DNA from: Candidatus Limnocylindrales bacterium
GTDB taxonomy: Bacteria; Chloroflexota; Limnocylindria; Limnocylindrales; CSP1-4
Length of the DNA: 39,944 nucleotides
Assembly (NCBI GenBank): GCA_039925225.1
Contig: JBDSZH010000061.1
Span: forward strand, 1 to 39,944
Direction: 5' to 3'
Shown here: positions 35,991-39,944 of the stretch, one piece after another
Position numbering within the stretch: the first letter of the stretch is position 1
Layout of the letters: each line of letters begins with the position of its first letter
Position numbers and translations under genes: made by a program
The notes under the pieces: model-generated
Told to the model about the DNA's origin: nothing
Seen by the model: the letters and a program-made list of their open reading frames with translations, nothing else
Database searches by the model: none

Positions 35991-36022
35991 ATAACCACCT
36001 TCTTCCATAACATGGTGGTTAT
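35991..36022. promoter_or_regulatory. ArsR-type operator (9-bp inverted repeat)
   Basis: ATAACCACC-N14-GGTGGTTAT directly before the ArsR gene, spanning a TAACAT -10-like hexamer. Confidence 0.65.
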
Positions 36023-36024
36023 GA

Positions 36025-36354
36025 ATGACGGGTGACCAGCTCAGCTCGGTGTTCGGGGCGCTCGCGGATCCAACCCGACGCGCCATCCTTGCGCGCCTTG
36101 CTGCGGGCGATCTGGCGGTGCGGGACCTCGCGGCCCCCTTCCCCATGTCGCAGCCGGCCATCTCGCGGCATCTCAAGGTGCTCGAGAGCGCGGGCCTGAT
36201 CTCTCGAAGTCGGCGGGCGACGGCCCGGCTGAGCCACCTGGAGCCGGAGCCGCTCCGCGAGGCCACGACGTGGCTCGCTCGATATCAGGCCTTCTGGGAC
36301 GAACGCTTCGATCAGCTCGACGAAGTCCTCGCCTCCCTTCAACCCGCGCCGTAG
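36025..36354 (+). CDS. ArsR/SmtB family transcriptional regulator
   Basis: FGALADPTRRAIL and SQPAISRHLKVLESAGLI. Confidence 0.93.
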   Translation: MTGDQLSSVFGALADPTRRAILARLAAGDLAVRDLAAPFPMSQPAISRHLKVLESAGLISRSRRATARLSHLEPEPLREATTWLARYQAFWDERFDQLDEVLASLQPAP

Positions 36355-36372
36355 CACTGAGGAGAATCGATC

Positions 36373-36861
36373 ATGGGCAAAACGAAGATCACGGCGCCGC
36401 CGGGCGTCCCGTTCATCGACATCGAGCGCGAGTTCGACGCCCCGCGGGAGCTCGTGCATCAGGCCTACCTGGATCCCGAGCTCGTCGTCCAGTGGCTGGG
36501 GCCGCGCCAGTACAGGATGGAGATCGACCGCTGGGACGCCCGCGACGGCGGTGCGTACCGGTACGTCCATAGCAACGAGAGCGGCTCGCACGCGTTCCAT
36601 GGCGTGTTCCACTCGATGGACATGGACAACATGGTCCAGACCTTCGAGTACGAGGGCGCACCCGGGCACGTCTCGCTCGACGCGCAGGTCCTCGAGGACC
36701 TCGGCAACGGGCGCACCCGCGTCAGGTCGCACTCGGTGTTCATGTCCGTCGAGGACCGGGACGTGATGATCGAGAACGGGATGGGCGACGGCGTCGATGA
36801 CGGCTACAACCGCCTCGACGAGCTCATCGCCAGGCTCCAGCCGGTTGGCGCCATCAACTGA
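36373..36861 (+). CDS. SRPBCC/AHSA1-like protein
   Basis: IEREFDAPRELV...QWLGP, VQTFEYE. GAGGAG SD. Common ArsR-SRPBCC pairing. Confidence 0.92.
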   Translation: MGKTKITAPPGVPFIDIEREFDAPRELVHQAYLDPELVVQWLGPRQYRMEIDRWDARDGGAYRYVHSNESGSHAFHGVFHSMDMDNMVQTFEYEGAPGHVSLDAQVLEDLGNGRTRVRSHSVFMSVEDRDVMIENGMGDGVDDGYNRLDELIARLQPVGAIN

Positions 36862-36901
36862 TCTCATTTCCGGCCCCGTCAGGCACTCCTCGCGCGCTCC
36901 A

Positions 36902-36930
36902 GCGCCCCGCCCGGCTTTCGGGCGGGGCGC
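36902..36930 (+). terminator. Strong GC hairpin, probable terminator of the ArsR-SRPBCC operon
   Basis: GCGCCCCGCCCG-gcttt-CGGGCGGGGCGC, 12-bp perfect stem, no U-tract. Confidence 0.6.
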
Positions 36931-36970
36931 ATCCGCTTCGGTCACTTGCGTGGGGTGCGATGATCCGCAC

Positions 36971-37192
36971 ATGGTCGAGTACGGCGGCGGCATCCAGAAC
37001 GGTCCAGCGGGCCAGGTTGGCAGTGGCAGTGGCGGCGGCCCGGACTTCGGGAGCTCGCCAGATCTGTTCACCTCTGTCGGCAACGTGGTCAACGACGCCA
37101 TGTACATGGTCACGTCGGCACCGCCGGAGATGCTCGTCCTGGGGATCGTGATCTTCTTCCTTGGCCTGATCGTCCTGAAGCGAGCGTTCTAG
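36971..37192 (+). CDS. Small Gly-rich protein with C-terminal TM helix
   Basis: 73 aa MVEYGGG...MLVLGIVIFFLGLIVLKRAF. TGC-GATGAT lies 6 nt before the ATG. Confidence 0.65.
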   Translation: MVEYGGGIQNGPAGQVGSGSGGGPDFGSSPDLFTSVGNVVNDAMYMVTSAPPEMLVLGIVIFFLGLIVLKRAF

Positions 37193-37212
37193 CCCGATCC
37201 CCGGCAGCAGGC

Positions 37213-37229
37213 TCTCAGACAACCCTCAG
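37213..37229 (+). promoter_or_regulatory. OmpR/MprA-box-like direct repeat
   Basis: TCTCAG-acaac-CCTCAG with 11-bp period, about 55 nt upstream of the dioxygenase-like gene. Confidence 0.5.
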
Positions 37230-37283
37230 GAATCGGCGTCAGCGTCCCCGAGGACAACGACGCCGATCCAGGAGCCCATCACG

Positions 37284-38183
37284 ATGCCAACGTCCGCGCC
37301 GCCGGTCTTCGAGGGCCGCCCGCTCCCCCACCCCGACGAGCCGGTCTTCGACCAGGGCCTCGCCTTCGACGTCGACACGCTGATCAGCCGCCGGCAGGTG
37401 CTGCGCGCGCTTGGCTACGGCGCGGTGGGTGCGGGGATGGTGTCGATCATCGGGTGCGCGCCGGGAGCTACCAACGCCCCGGGCACCTCGTCACCAACGA
37501 GCGGCGGTGCGAGCACCGGTGCGACATTTGGAGCGACCGCCGAGGCCTGCGACGTCATTCCCGAGGAGACTGCCGGTCCGTTCCCGGGAGACGGCTCCAA
37601 CGGGCCTGATCTGCTGGCGGACAGCGGCGTGGTGCGCTCGGACATCCGGTCCAGCTTTGGCTCCTCGACGACGGCCGCGGGCGGCGTGCCCGTCAACATC
37701 CGACTGGCGATTCTGGACCTTGCGAATGGCTGCGCGCCCATGGCCGGCGCCGCGGTCTACCTGTGGCATTGCGACCAGGAGGGCCGCTACTCGATGTACT
37801 CGCAGGGCGCCCAGAACGAGAACTACCTGCGCGGCGTCCAGGCAGCGGGCGCCGACGGGATCGTCACATTCACGAGCATCTTCCCCGGCTGCTACTCGGG
37901 GCGGTACCCGCACATCCATTTCGAGGTCTACCCGAGCCTCGAGTCGGCCAAGGATGTCGCCAACAAGATCGCGACCTCGCAGATCGCACTGCCGGCAGAC
38001 ACCTGCACGCAGGTCTATGCCACGTCGGGCTATGAGCAGAGCGTCACGAACTTCTCGTCGACCAGCCTCTCGAACGATGGTGTCTTCGGCGAGGACGATG
38101 GCGAGCGCCAGATCGGTACGGCGACGGGCTCGCTCGGCGGCGGACTGACGGTCGACCTCTCGGTCCCCGTGCCCGCCTCGTAG
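37284..38183 (+). CDS. Intradiol ring-cleavage dioxygenase-like protein with Tat/lipoprotein signal
   Basis: SRRQVL twin-arginine motif and IIGC lipobox; ETAGPFP, WHCD..GRYS, YLRG, and PGCYSGRYPHIHF (Tyr/Tyr/His/His Fe ligands). Confidence 0.88.
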   Translation: MPTSAPPVFEGRPLPHPDEPVFDQGLAFDVDTLISRRQVLRALGYGAVGAGMVSIIGCAPGATNAPGTSSPTSGGASTGATFGATAEACDVIPEETAGPFPGDGSNGPDLLADSGVVRSDIRSSFGSSTTAAGGVPVNIRLAILDLANGCAPMAGAAVYLWHCDQEGRYSMYSQGAQNENYLRGVQAAGADGIVTFTSIFPGCYSGRYPHIHFEVYPSLESAKDVANKIATSQIALPADTCTQVYATSGYEQSVTNFSSTSLSNDGVFGEDDGERQIGTATGSLGGGLTVDLSVPVPAS

Positions 38184-38189
38184 GCGAGG

Positions 38190-39416
38190 TCAGACGCGAC
38201 CGCGCGCGAGACCGATCAGCCGATCGAGCAAGCGCTCGCCACCGGCGCGCAGTCCGTTGTGCTCGAACTCGTTCGTGATCCACGGCCGGAGGCCCTTGAT
38301 CGCGGCCGCGGTTTCCTCCGCGAACCGGCGCTCCACGTAGGCGTCGTTCACGTAGATCGTCGCGGCGACGGGTACCTCGTTGTGGGCCAGCCGATCCGGG
38401 TCGTAGAGCCGCGACCACGAATGCTCAGCAAGCGCGTGGGCAGCCTCCCGATGTGAGCGCAGGCCGCCGTAGTCCTCCCACATCCAGGGGTAGATGTGCT
38501 CAGCGGTGAAGTACCGCTCCTGGGCAACCTCGTCCGGCAGGAGCCGCGCGCTGGACCAGCGCGTGGAGCCGCCGTCGGCATAGCAAGCTTCGTGGAGCGT
38601 CGCGTAGATCGGATTGCGATCGAAGGGTCCGGCCCGCACCACGTCTTCGACGAAGGCGCGCGATGCGAACGGGAGCTCGACCACCTGATGGATGCGCTCG
38701 AACCCGTCGCTCATGCCCAGGGCCATGCCGATCTGGAGAAATCGTCGGGACGTCAGCCTGTCGCCGGACGGCAGCCGAACCTCTTCGCCATCCAGTCGCT
38801 CGACTATGTCGCGCACGCGGGCGCGGTCGTCCGGGTAGCGCGCGAAGTAGGCCCGGTTCTTGGCGACGAGGCGCACGTACGTGGCCGAGTACACGTCGTC
38901 CACCGGCCGGCCTATCGGCGAGAGCCCGCCCGTGATGAATGCCTCGCGCAGACCCTCCGGCGCCATCGACAGGTAGGTCATTGCGCAGAAGCCGCCGAAG
39001 CTCTGGCCCAGGATGCTCCACTTCTCTACCCCGAGCTCCTGGCGAACGACCTCGGCGTCGCGCACGATCGAATCGGCACGGAAGTGCGTCAGGTACGCGG
39101 CCTGGGCATCCACGGAGTCGCCCGGGATCTCGCCGACGGGCGTCGACCGGCCCGTCCCCCGCTGGTCGATCAGGAGGAGCCGGTAGTCCTTGAGTGCCCG
39201 CTTCTGCCAGCCGTCGGCCGGTGCATCCGGCCGGGCCGCCTCGAATCCGGGACCACCCTGAAGGAACAGCAGGTACGGCTTTTCCAGGCCGTCGAGGTCC
39301 GCGACTTCGCGCGTGAAGACCATGATCCGCTCGCCGTCGGGCTTCGCGTGATCGAGCGGAACGGAGTGCTCCCGCTCCGTATGGATCGCGCCGGGGACGC
39401 GGTAGGTGACCGCCAT
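38190..39416 (-). CDS. pip: Proline iminopeptidase (alpha/beta hydrolase, S33)
   Basis: LQGGPG, DQRGTGRS, HFRADSIVRD, GQSFGG, NEFEHNGLR. Confidence 0.88.
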   Translation of the reverse strand: MAVTYRVPGAIHTEREHSVPLDHAKPDGERIMVFTREVADLDGLEKPYLLFLQGGPGFEAARPDAPADGWQKRALKDYRLLLIDQRGTGRSTPVGEIPGDSVDAQAAYLTHFRADSIVRDAEVVRQELGVEKWSILGQSFGGFCAMTYLSMAPEGLREAFITGGLSPIGRPVDDVYSATYVRLVAKNRAYFARYPDDRARVRDIVERLDGEEVRLPSGDRLTSRRFLQIGMALGMSDGFERIHQVVELPFASRAFVEDVVRAGPFDRNPIYATLHEACYADGGSTRWSSARLLPDEVAQERYFTAEHIYPWMWEDYGGLRSHREAAHALAEHSWSRLYDPDRLAHNEVPVAATIYVNDAYVERRFAEETAAAIKGLRPWITNEFEHNGLRAGGERLLDRLIGLARGRV

Positions 39417-39865
39417 CAGCGGATCTTCCCCGCGGCGAGCGCGGCGATCGACTTCTCGATGCGCCTGGCGCGTGTCTCCGGCGCCTTCGCAGCCGCGATC
39501 TGGAGCGTGTGCCAGGACTTGTTGGAGTACGACAGGCCGTCGAACGTTCGACGCGCCGCGGGTTCGGCGTCGAGGGCCGCAGCGAGCTCGGGTGGGACGG
39601 TGATCTCACGCGGCGCCGTGTCGAGCTGGAGGTCCACCTCGACCTCCTCGTTCGCGGACACACCGGCGGGGCCGCGATGCTCGCTGCTCACGCCGATCAT
39701 GTACCGACCCTGGAGTACCGCGACCGTGTTGGGATAGGTGTAGCCGTTGATCGTCACGCGAACGGGTGGACGCTTCCCCGCGCCGAGTGCGTCGACGACC
39801 TCCGGCGGGATGACGAAGCCCATCGCGGTAGTCCCGGTTTGCAGAATCGTCGTCCGAAATCGCAT
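39416..39865 (-). CDS. DUF1905 + YdeI/OmpD-associated domain protein
   Basis: KRPPVRVTINGY, LDTAPREITVPPEL, AKAPETRARRI. TATCGT lies 6 nt before the ATG; TGATG coupling to pip. Confidence 0.9.
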   Translation of the reverse strand: MRFRTTILQTGTTAMGFVIPPEVVDALGAGKRPPVRVTINGYTYPNTVAVLQGRYMIGVSSEHRGPAGVSANEEVEVDLQLDTAPREITVPPELAAALDAEPAARRTFDGLSYSNKSWHTLQIAAAKAPETRARRIEKSIAALAAGKIR

Positions 39866-39944
39866 GGTGGAACGATAGCGTCCGCTCGCGGCGGGTGGCA
39901 CAGTTGCGTCGTGACGAAGGTCGTCTGGTCTCCAGGCACGCGAC

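Noticed and set aside
35964-35992. Canonical sigma70 promoter starting at TTGACA
   Set aside because: The hexamer at 17-bp spacing is TTCAAT, which lacks the conserved A at position 2; TAACAT nearer the ArsR start is the better -10 candidate.
49-39939. Numerous long overlapping alternative-frame ORFs and N-terminal extensions in the ORF track
   Set aside because: Expected from stop-codon scarcity at high GC; each overlaps a motif-supported gene and lacks start signals.

Overview
High-GC bacterial chromosomal window with about 50 densely packed housekeeping and accessory genes. Gene style (many Pro/Ala-linker lipoproteins, pervasive leaderless starts) suggests a soil Chloroflexota or Actinobacteria-like organism; this is inference only. 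I found no rRNA, tRNA, CRISPR array, integrase or transposase. Content: flavin amine oxidases, a BBE-type oxidase, M20 amidohydrolase, a large membrane-anchored HExxH protein, a NarL-type two-component system followed by a Flp-like pilin, a DRG/OBG-type TGS GTPase, MFS transporter, RhlE-like DEAD-box helicase, HipA-like kinase/DUF3037 pair, APH/cupin/PLP enzyme cluster, ArsR-SRPBCC pair, Tat-exported intradiol dioxygenase-like protein and proline iminopeptidase. Most notable unannotated signals: (1) a 22-codon leader peptide plus SD-sequestering hairpins upstream of the DRG-like GTPase, resembling a translational attenuator; (2) an orphan protein with an LQRxxGNxAV motif (recalled from eCIS cargo proteins) and a caspase/CHAT-like His-Cys dyad; (3) two long imperfect inverted-repeat elements (about 200 and 320 nt) between convergent genes; (4) a consistent -10-box/leaderless start architecture. 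All family calls come from motif recognition by eye, without database searches.
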